Origin: an uncultured Bifidobacteriaceae bacterium
Lineage (GTDB): Bacteria > Verrucomicrobiota > Verrucomicrobiia > Limisphaerales > SIBH01
Reading direction: 5' to 3'
Assembly: GCA_964420805.1 (NCBI GenBank)
Contig: CAYQWK010000004.1
Span: 1 to 46,782 of the forward strand
DNA length: 46,782 nt
Position 1 is the first letter of the stretch; each line of letters starts with the position of its first letter. A program made the position numbers and the translations under genes. A model generated the notes under the pieces. That model ran no database searches and had not been told where the DNA came from. It saw only the letters and a program-made list of their open reading frames with translations. Of this stretch, positions 17,648 to 24,530 are shown piece by piece.

Positions 17648-19012
17648 ATGCGATTCCACTGGCCACGAATGAAGCGCCTGCGGGAGTTGCTGCGGCCAGC
17701 GGCGCCCGACCCGGCGGAGCAATTATTCCGGCTCAAGGCGGTCGAGCGCGATGTCATCCTGCCGATCAAGGCGCTCTACCTTGGCATCCTCGTCTATTTC
17801 TTCTATTTCTCACGTTGGTATGGCGAGACTGGCACTGCGCAGGAATTGGTGCAGGTGGTGGCCGAGCGGTTCTTCGTCATTTACCTCATCATCAATGTGG
17901 TGGTGGCGGCGTTTATCCTGATTCCCGCCCGGATGAACCTGGGGCGCGCCCAGCGGGTGGTTTTCGCGGTGAGCTTCATCGACGGACTTTTTCTTTCGGC
18001 GCTGACCCTGGTCACGGGTGGCTTCGACTCGATTCTCTACTGGCTCTTTCCAGGGTTGATCATCCGCAACTCCCTGAGCCACCCGGCTGCGCGACCACAG
18101 ATCATCCTGAACCTGTCGGTGGTGTTGAGCTTCGTCATCGCAGGGGGGTTGGACATTGTCGCGTCAGCGTCGGATTTGCTGACGCCGGCGGAGCCGTCCG
18201 AGCACGCGGAGCCATTGTTCCTGCGGTTCGTGGTGCTGCTGTTGTTCACGGGCGTTTGCTATGGCTTGCAGGTGTTGATCGAGAACGCGCGACAGGCGGC
18301 GGAGGAAACCCGCGAGTCCGCCTCCCGCCAGGAGCAGTTGCGCGCCGCCGGGCGGCTGGCTGCCGAAATCGCGCACCAGATCAAGAACCCGCTTGGCATC
18401 ATCAACAACGCCGCGTGGTCCATCCAGCGGGCGGTTGCCGGGGGCAAGCCGGTGCCGGTGGACCAGGTCGGGATCATTCGCGAGGAGGTCGCGCGTTCGG
18501 ACAAGATCATCACGGAGTTGATGGGCTACGCGCAGCTTGCGGAGGGGACAGTCGAGCGCCTGAACGTGGTGCAAGAGATAAACCACGCCATTAACCAGAT
18601 TCTGCCGCCCGGCGTGTACCGGAATATCCAGGTCCGCACTTCGTTTGGCAGCGCCCTGCCGCCGTTGCTTATGCAGCGGCGGCACTTCTCGGAGATGCTC
18701 TCGAACCTCCTGCTGAACGCCCGCGAGGTTCTGGCTGGGGGCGGCGTGATTGAGATCACCGCCGAGGCGCGGGAGGACGCGGTGCGGATCACCGTGGCGG
18801 ACGACGGTCCCGGGATCGCGCCGGAGCAATGCGAGCGCATCTTCGAGCCGTACGTGAGCACCAAGCCGCAGGGGACCGGACTCGGCCTTTCCATCGTGCG
18901 GCACAACGCGGAGGTTTACGGCGGCCACGCCCGTGTGGAATCGGAGCTTGGACGCGGCGCGCGCTTCGTCTTAGATTTGCCGACACGAACCTTTATGCGG
19001 CTGCGCAAATGA
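17648..19012 (+). CDS. Sensor histidine kinase with a six-helix membrane domain and no obvious periplasmic or PAS domain (PilS-like architecture)
   Basis: ATG 17648. About six hydrophobic helices come first (LPIKALYLGILVYFFYF ... FLRFVVLLLFTGVCYGLQVLI). The HisKA H-box is AAEIAHQIKNPLGII. The HATPase motifs are LLNAREV, DDGPGI and GTGLGLSIV. The tracked start at 17465 overlaps coaC out of frame. Confidence 0.85.
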   Translation: MRFHWPRMKRLRELLRPAAPDPAEQLFRLKAVERDVILPIKALYLGILVYFFYFSRWYGETGTAQELVQVVAERFFVIYLIINVVVAAFILIPARMNLGRAQRVVFAVSFIDGLFLSALTLVTGGFDSILYWLFPGLIIRNSLSHPAARPQIILNLSVVLSFVIAGGLDIVASASDLLTPAEPSEHAEPLFLRFVVLLLFTGVCYGLQVLIENARQAAEETRESASRQEQLRAAGRLAAEIAHQIKNPLGIINNAAWSIQRAVAGGKPVPVDQVGIIREEVARSDKIITELMGYAQLAEGTVERLNVVQEINHAINQILPPGVYRNIQVRTSFGSALPPLLMQRRHFSEMLSNLLLNAREVLAGGGVIEITAEAREDAVRITVADDGPGIAPEQCERIFEPYVSTKPQGTGLGLSIVRHNAEVYGGHARVESELGRGARFVLDLPTRTFMRLRK

Positions 19013-20424
19013 CCCGTCCCCTGCCTCCATTGCTTGTCGTCGATGACGAACGAAACATGCGGGCCTCCCTCCGCGGCATCCTCGGCGGCGAGGGTTACGA
19101 AACGCGCCTCATGGAGTCGGCCGAGGACGCGCTGCGGGTGCTGGAGCGCGAGGAGTTCTTCATGGCCATCTCGGATTTCCGGCTGGGCGGCATGAACGGC
19201 GGCGAGTTCATCAAGCAGTGCCACGAGCGCTGGCCAAACATGCCCGTCGTGCTCATCACGGCATATGCGACGCCCAAGATGGCCGCGGACGCGATCAAAT
19301 CCGGCGCGTTCGATTACCTGCCGAAACCCTTCGAGCCGGAGGAATTGCTCAATGTCGTGGCGCGCTGCGCGGAGCGCCACCGGCTGCTGCGTGAGAACGC
19401 AACATTGCGCGCGCGCTCGGGCGAGGCGAACCGGGTCGAGGACATCATCGGCGAATGCCCGCGCGTCCGCGAACTGCGCGACCTGGTCCGCACTGTCGCT
19501 CCAGCCAACGCCACCGTGCTAATCCTCGGCGAGAGCGGCACGGGCAAGGAACTCATCGCTGGTGCGTTGCATTTCCTGAGCGCGCGTTCCACCGCGCCGT
19601 ACGTGCGGATCAACTGCGCGGCCATTCCCGAGGCGCTGCTGGAGAGCGAGCTTTTCGGCCACGAGAAAGGTGCCTTCACTGGTGCCATCCGCCAGAAGGC
19701 CGGGCGGGTTGAGGAGGCCGACGGCGGAACCATCTTTCTGGACGAGATTGGCGACATGAGCCGGCCGCTCCAGGCCAAGCTGCTGCGGTTTCTCGAGGAC
19801 GGTTCGTTCACGCGCGTGGGAGGAAACGATGAGCTGCGTGTGGACGTGCGGCTGATTGCGGCCACGAACCGCGACATTGTGGCCGCGATCCGTGAAGGGC
19901 ATTTCCGCGAGGATTTGTTCCACCGGTTGAACGTCGTGCAGTTGCGACCGCCACCGCTGCGGGAACGTGGCGGGGATGTGCTGTTGCTGGCCGGGCATTT
20001 TCTGCGGCACTTCAACGTGGTAATGAAGAAAAGTATCAAAGCCTTTTCTCCCCTGGCGGAGCAGAAGCTCATGACCCATCACTGGCCGGGAAATGTGCGC
20101 GAGTTGCGCAACGTGATCGAGCGGGCGGTCATTCTCGAGACCGCGGCCGAGATCGCGGCGCGCAGCCTGCCGGACTTCGCCATCGAGAGCGGTCTGCGCA
20201 AGGTGGAAGCACCCGTGCCGGCGACCGCGTCGTCGCTCGACGAGGCGATGGCCGATTACGAACGAAGGTTGATCGAGACGACGCTGGAGCAAAACCGGTT
20301 CAATCAGGGCCGCACCGCGGAGCAGCTCAAAATCAGCCGGCACGCCTTGCGTTATCGGATGCAACGCCTCAACATCTCCGGGCCGGCGGATGGAGAGGAA
20401 GAAACAACCTCGCCAGCCGCCTGA
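19009..20424 (+). CDS. Sigma-54-dependent response regulator (NtrC/PilR family: REC, AAA+, Fis-type HTH)
   Basis: ATG 19009 overlaps the kinase stop as ATGA. The REC domain has LLVVDDERNMR and ISDFRLGGMNG. The AAA+ domain has GESGTGKE, the GAFTGA motif (EKGAFTGA) and RFLEDGSFTRVGG. The C-terminal HTH is RTAEQLKISRHALRYRMQRL. Confidence 0.92.
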   Translation: MTRPLPPLLVVDDERNMRASLRGILGGEGYETRLMESAEDALRVLEREEFFMAISDFRLGGMNGGEFIKQCHERWPNMPVVLITAYATPKMAADAIKSGAFDYLPKPFEPEELLNVVARCAERHRLLRENATLRARSGEANRVEDIIGECPRVRELRDLVRTVAPANATVLILGESGTGKELIAGALHFLSARSTAPYVRINCAAIPEALLESELFGHEKGAFTGAIRQKAGRVEEADGGTIFLDEIGDMSRPLQAKLLRFLEDGSFTRVGGNDELRVDVRLIAATNRDIVAAIREGHFREDLFHRLNVVQLRPPPLRERGGDVLLLAGHFLRHFNVVMKKSIKAFSPLAEQKLMTHHWPGNVRELRNVIERAVILETAAEIAARSLPDFAIESGLRKVEAPVPATASSLDEAMADYERRLIETTLEQNRFNQGRTAEQLKISRHALRYRMQRLNISGPADGEEETTSPAA

Positions 20425-20427
20425 TTC

Positions 20428-20790
20428 ATGCTCGGGATTCTATTTGCACAAGCGAACACTGAGATCGTGAACCGTCTTGAAGAGACTGGTTCCGATCACC
20501 GATTCACCACCACGGACCTGCTTATCGTGGTGTCGGCCGCGCTGGTCGTGGGGTTGGCACTGTTGATTTGGGCGGTCTTTCTCCGCAAACGTCGGGACGA
20601 ACACGACCACCCGGATCCGCATCGCACCGAGAGCATTGTGGAGGCGCCCTCCAGCTCCGGCCACCACGGACGCCGCAAGCACAAGCGCCGCCGTCGCCGT
20701 CGCCGTGACCACCGCCCGCGCAACCCGACCCTGAGCCAAACCGGGGGACTTCCCTCGCCGCGCCCCGAGGATCAGCCGCCGCCTTACTGA
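20428..20790 (+). CDS. Small bitopic membrane protein with a polybasic (His/Arg/Lys) tail
   Basis: 120 aa with one TM helix (LLIVVSAALVVGLALLIWAVFL). The tail reads HGRRKHKRRRRRRRDHRPRNPTLSQTGGLPSPRPEDQPPPY. The gene starts 3 nt after the regulator stop, and its stop overlaps the hpnD ATG (TGATG). Confidence 0.6.
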   Translation: MLGILFAQANTEIVNRLEETGSDHRFTTTDLLIVVSAALVVGLALLIWAVFLRKRRDEHDHPDPHRTESIVEAPSSSGHHGRRKHKRRRRRRRDHRPRNPTLSQTGGLPSPRPEDQPPPY

Positions 20791-21662
20791 TGGAACAAAG
20801 CAGGGCCATCACCCAGCGTAGCGCGAGCAACCTCGCGCTCGCGTTCGTGCTGCTGCCCAAGGAGAAGCGCGATGGGATGTCCGCGCTTTACGCCTTTTGC
20901 CGCGAAGTGGATGACGTGGCGGATGACGAATCCACCCCCGTCGAGCAGCGGCGCCGCGCGCTGGCGGAATGGCGCGCGGATATCCACGCGGCCTGCCGTG
21001 GCGGAGCGCCGAAATTTCCGGTCAACCAGGAATTGCAGGCGGTGATCCGCACGCATCCCGGGCTCACCTTTGAGTTGTTCGATGAACTGATCCGCGGCGT
21101 GGAAATGGACCTCGACATCAAGCGGTACGGCACCCACGCGGAACTGGAGCAATACTGCTACCGCGTCGCCTCGGTGGTCGGTTTGTTGAGCATCGAAATC
21201 TTCGGCTACACGAATCCGCTCACGCGCGAATACGCGGTGCATCTGGGCAAGGCGCTGCAACTCACCAATATCGTCCGCGACGTGCAGACCGATGCGGAAC
21301 GCGGGCGGATTTACCTGCCGTTGGAGGAAATGGCCAGGTTCGGCGTGACCGAGGATGAGATACTGCGCGGCGAATACTCGGCGAAGTTCCGCGAACTGGC
21401 CGGCGGCATGGCCACGCGGGCCAAGGATTTTTACCGCCGCGCTCATGAGTCGTTGCCGCGCGAGGACCGGCGCGCGATGGCGGCGGCGGAGTTGATGGGA
21501 TCGGTCTATTGGCGACTGCTGCAGAAGATCGAGGCCCGGCAGTTCAACGTGTTCGGTCCCACGCTTACGCGCGTCAGCAAGGCGCAGAAGATCCTACTGA
21601 TCCTCCGTACCTGGTTCCGCGTTTTCTCCGGCGCGCTCGCGCCGAATTATGGCACGCCATGA
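20790..21662 (+). CDS. hpnD: Squalene/phytoene synthase family protein, HpnD-like (presqualene diphosphate synthase)
   Basis: It reads SASNLALAFVLLPKEKRDGMSALYAFCREVDDVADDE (first Asp-rich motif), YCYRVASVVGLLSIEIFG and NIVRDVQTDAERGRIYLPLEEM (second Asp-rich motif). I made the HpnD versus HpnC/CrtB assignment by eye only. Confidence 0.75.
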   Translation: MEQSRAITQRSASNLALAFVLLPKEKRDGMSALYAFCREVDDVADDESTPVEQRRRALAEWRADIHAACRGGAPKFPVNQELQAVIRTHPGLTFELFDELIRGVEMDLDIKRYGTHAELEQYCYRVASVVGLLSIEIFGYTNPLTREYAVHLGKALQLTNIVRDVQTDAERGRIYLPLEEMARFGVTEDEILRGEYSAKFRELAGGMATRAKDFYRRAHESLPREDRRAMAAAELMGSVYWRLLQKIEARQFNVFGPTLTRVSKAQKILLILRTWFRVFSGALAPNYGTP

Positions 21663-22503
21663 GGCGGACGGGTCGGCGGTCGCGCCGCGCCGCCGGCTCA
21701 TTGTCAATGCGGACGATTTCGGGCGGTCCAGTTCGATCAACGAAGCGGTCATCCGCGCGCATCGGGAGGGCATTCTCACCACGGCGAGCCTGATGGTGAA
21801 CGAACCGGCCTGCGCGGAGGCGGTCGAGATGGCGCGGGCGAATCCCCGTCTCGGCGTGGGACTGCACCTTGCGCTGCTGTTCGGCCGCTCCGCGCTGCCA
21901 CCGGAGCGGATTCCCGGACTCGTCAACGAACGAGGCGAGTTCAGCGAACAGCCGGCATGGGCGGGCGCGAGGTTCTTCTTCCAGCGCAGCCTGCATCCGC
22001 AGATTGAGGCGGAGATCGAGGCGCAGTTCGCCCGCTTCCGCGCCACTGGCCTCGCGCTCGATCATGTGAACGGACATTTGCACATGCACCTGCATCCGGT
22101 GGTGTTCGGCATTTTACGGCGGCGTGCGCGCGAATGGGGGATCACGCGCCTGCGCTTCACGCGCGATCCGTTCTGGCTGAATGCGCGGTTGGCGGGTGGT
22201 GCGTGGTTTTACCGCGCCAGCCATGCGTTGATCTACCGCGTGCTGTCTGCTCGCGCGCGCGGTGCGCTGGCGGCTCTGGGCGTGAGGCATACGGAGGTGG
22301 TGTTTGGTCTTTTGCAGAACGCGCAAGTGGACGAGGCTTACATTCGCCGGTTGCTGCCCGCGTTGCCATCTGGCGATTCGGAACTTTACTCGCATCCGTC
22401 GCTTGCCGAGTTTGGGCACGAGTTTGAGGGGTTGGTCAGTCCGCGCGTGGCGCAACTGGTCCGCGACGAGCGGATCGAACTCATCCGTTACCAGGATCTT
22501 TAG
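21649..22503 (+). CDS. hpnK: YdjC-family carbohydrate deacetylase, HpnK-like (hopanoid-associated)
   Basis: It reads LIVNADDFGRSSSINEAVIRAHREGILTTASLMVNEPACAEAVEMARANPRLGVGLHLAL, followed by NGHLHMHLHP. It overlaps the hpnD stop by 14 nt. Confidence 0.7.
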   Translation: MARHEADGSAVAPRRRLIVNADDFGRSSSINEAVIRAHREGILTTASLMVNEPACAEAVEMARANPRLGVGLHLALLFGRSALPPERIPGLVNERGEFSEQPAWAGARFFFQRSLHPQIEAEIEAQFARFRATGLALDHVNGHLHMHLHPVVFGILRRRAREWGITRLRFTRDPFWLNARLAGGAWFYRASHALIYRVLSARARGALAALGVRHTEVVFGLLQNAQVDEAYIRRLLPALPSGDSELYSHPSLAEFGHEFEGLVSPRVAQLVRDERIELIRYQDL

Positions 22504-22504
22504 T

Positions 22505-22936
22505 ATGCTGAAAATCTGGATTGTTCTTATTATCGCCTTCGTGTTCGAGGCGTTCGGGGTCATTGCGTTGAAGAAGGGGCTCGACCAGATCGGCCCGCGA
22601 TACACCGAGCGCAAGGCCTCCATGCCGGTTTGGAAGAATGTGCTGAAGCTGGTGGGCGACTGGTTCACCAACAAGGACGTGATGGTGGGTCTGGTGCTCG
22701 AGACCATCTTTTTCATCCTGCTGCAATACCTGCTCGGGCAGCGCGACGTGAGTTTTGTCTGGCCGCTGACGGCCATGACGTTCGTCACCGCCACGCTGGC
22801 GGCGAAGTTCCTGCTCAAGGAACACGTCGATGCCGTGCGTTGGGGCGGCGTCGTGTTGATCGTGGCGGGTGCGGTGCTCATCGGCCTCAGCGAACACACG
22901 AAGCCGAAGCCGGAGCCGCCGCCCGCGGCTAAGTGA
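22505..22936 (+). CDS. Half-size DMT/EamA-like (ArnE/ArnF-sized) four-helix membrane protein
   Basis: ATG 22505 lies 1 nt after the hpnK stop. The protein is 143 aa with four hydrophobic helices. The EamA-like end reads LKEHVDAVRWGGVVLIVAGAVLIG. Confidence 0.65.
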   Translation: MLKIWIVLIIAFVFEAFGVIALKKGLDQIGPRYTERKASMPVWKNVLKLVGDWFTNKDVMVGLVLETIFFILLQYLLGQRDVSFVWPLTAMTFVTATLAAKFLLKEHVDAVRWGGVVLIVAGAVLIGLSEHTKPKPEPPPAAK

Positions 22937-23558
22937 CGGCCAGCAGGACGCGCGCGAGTTCGCGCGCCGCCATGGCGCTGTGCCGGCCCAGCCGGATCAA
23001 CGCCGGGATTCTCTGAGGAGATTTCAGCACCGCCAGCGCGAGTTTCTGGCCGCTCATCCGCATGTCGGAATTAAGCAGCGCGTTGAAGTTGAGAGGCATG
23101 TCCTCGTCTGCCGCATCGGAAATGGCGCGCACAGTAGCGGACGCGATTCCCGCTTGTTCGCACGCGGCGCGGATTACGGCGGATTCCATTTCGACCGCGT
23201 CGCAACCGGTGCGTTCTCGTGCGTCGCGTTTTTCCCCGGCGGTGGAAAGGATGACGGGTGAGCAGAGAAACTTCGCCGGCCGGGCGCCGGCGGAATCCAG
23301 CCGGATCGCGAGTGCGGCATCCGCCGCGTCGAAGACCACATCCCCGGCCCGCAAGGCGGGTGAGAGCGCGCCCGCGAAGCCACAGGTCAGCACGAGGGCG
23401 GGCCGTTCCGCGGCCAGCGCGTGGGCGAGGGACTGCTGTGCATGGCGGGTTCCCATGCCGGTGACGAGCACGCGGATGTCGGTGCGGAAGACCAGTTGCC
23501 GGCGGAAGGGCCTCGCCTCTGGTTCGACGGCGAAACAGACGAGCGTGGACGCGCTCAT
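22929..23558 (-). CDS. PNP_UDP_1-family nucleosidase/phosphorylase, HpnG-like. An MTA/SAH-nucleosidase or futalosine-hydrolase relative cannot be excluded.
   Basis: 209 aa. It reads LVCFAVEPEARPF, VLVTGMGTRHA, LTCGFAGALSPALRAGDVV, AVEMESAVI and VRAISD. Its 3' end overlaps the convergent DMT gene by 8 nt. Confidence 0.6.
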   Translation of the reverse strand: MSASTLVCFAVEPEARPFRRQLVFRTDIRVLVTGMGTRHAQQSLAHALAAERPALVLTCGFAGALSPALRAGDVVFDAADAALAIRLDSAGARPAKFLCSPVILSTAGEKRDARERTGCDAVEMESAVIRAACEQAGIASATVRAISDAADEDMPLNFNALLNSDMRMSGQKLALAVLKSPQRIPALIRLGRHSAMAARELARVLLAVT

Positions 23559-23559
23559 C

Positions 23560-24279
23560 CTATTTCACTCCGGCCAGGCGGGTTTTCCAGACGTGGTAGA
23601 GTTGCACAGTCGCCACAACGTCGCGCAGGCAGTACTCGGCGATTTCACGATAGCGGCCTTCATCGAGCAACCGGCCCACGTCCATGCCGGTGACGCCGTG
23701 GCTCTTGGGGGATTCGATGCCGAATGCCTTGCAGTAGAAATCGAGGTTGAACTTTCGGGCCGCGCCGTCGCGTCCGCTCACGCCGTAGAAGGTCAACTGG
23801 TCGGCCAGGTCGCAATGCGGCTCGGTTGCGAACCGGTAGCCGAGCCAGTCCTTGCGCGAAATGGGCACGTCGAGTTGCGCGGAGCGGAGATAGAGAAACG
23901 GAACGTCGAAGCCGCGCCCGTTGAACGTGGCGATGCTGTCGTAGTGTTTTGCCACGTCCCAGAATTGCGTGAGCATCTCTGCCTCATCGACGCAGGGAAC
24001 AAACTCCACCGGGCCGGCGTCGATGGCGTCATCCTCGAAGTCGTCAGCGGTGAACAGCACCTGACCGCGCGCGGTGTCGGCATTGAGCATGGCGACGCAG
24101 ACGACGCGAGAGGTGAAGGGCCAGAGGGACATCATGGCCTGAAGCTCCGCGCGTTTCTTATCACGATCGGCGGGTTCGGGAAGTTTCTCTGCCTCGCGGA
24201 AAAGGTATTCCTGCTGGGTTTCGTCGAAAGATTCAACCGGGAGGGCAGAGGTCTCGATGTCAAAGACAAGGGTGGCCAT
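23560..24279 (-). CDS. Stand-alone 3'-5' exonuclease, RNase-H-like fold (PolB-exonuclease-like)
   Basis: It reads MATLVFDIETSAL (Exo I, D-x-E), FNGRGFDVPFL (Exo II) and YCLRDVVATVQLY (Exo III, Y-x3-D). An alternative ATG lies at 24309. The stop lies 1 nt before the start of the downstream nucleosidase gene. Confidence 0.75.
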   Translation of the reverse strand: MATLVFDIETSALPVESFDETQQEYLFREAEKLPEPADRDKKRAELQAMMSLWPFTSRVVCVAMLNADTARGQVLFTADDFEDDAIDAGPVEFVPCVDEAEMLTQFWDVAKHYDSIATFNGRGFDVPFLYLRSAQLDVPISRKDWLGYRFATEPHCDLADQLTFYGVSGRDGAARKFNLDFYCKAFGIESPKSHGVTGMDVGRLLDEGRYREIAEYCLRDVVATVQLYHVWKTRLAGVK

Positions 24280-24329
24280 GAAAAGAAAACCAGGATGGCG
24301 GGAGGCCATCCTGGTTGATCTGATTCAAA

Positions 24330-24401
24330 CTACTTTTTCTTCTTCGCGGCGGGTTTCTTCGCGGCGGGTTTCTTGGCAGCGGCTTTCTTCTTTGCGGGCA
24401 T
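24330..24401 (-). CDS. Candidate 23-aa lysine-rich micro-protein (MPAKKKAAAKKPAAKKPAAKKKK)
   Basis: This ORF is too short for the ORF track. The ATG (24401..24399) is preceded by GGGGGTGA with a 6-nt spacer, which is Shine-Dalgarno-like. An 11-codon ORF (24436..24401, MNHEKLIGGEK) ends in a TAATG overlap with it. The AAG-rich composition is highly atypical for this GC-rich window. Confidence 0.3.
   Translation of the reverse strand: MPAKKKAAAKKPAAKKPAAKKKK
24345..24374. repeat. Perfect 15-bp tandem duplication (cgcggcgggtttctt x2) with a diverged third unit
   Basis: 24345..24359 and 24360..24374 are identical. They encode KKPAA x2 on the minus strand inside the micro-ORF. Confidence 0.9.
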
Positions 24402-24530
24402 TACTTTTCACCCCCAATCAGTTTTTCGTGGTTCATGGGCTTTCTTGTAGTGAGAAGCTCCGCAAGGGGGAAGCGTTTTCTCCAAGGAAATGCAGGATTT
24501 CTCGCGTGCCAGGAAGCGCCGCCCGATGAG

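Noticed and set aside
17628-17672. A 14-codon ORF (MSGTGRPCDSTGHE) starting right after the coaC stop.
   Set aside because: It has no ribosome-binding signal and no distinctive composition, and it overlaps the histidine kinase start in another frame. It is most likely fortuitous.
24486-24513. A sigma-54-like element on the minus strand: CTGGCACG-N9-CTGCAT, upstream of the micro-ORFs.
   Set aside because: The -24 box is perfect, but GG and GC are 15 nt apart instead of the obligatory 10. Sigma-54 does not tolerate that spacing.
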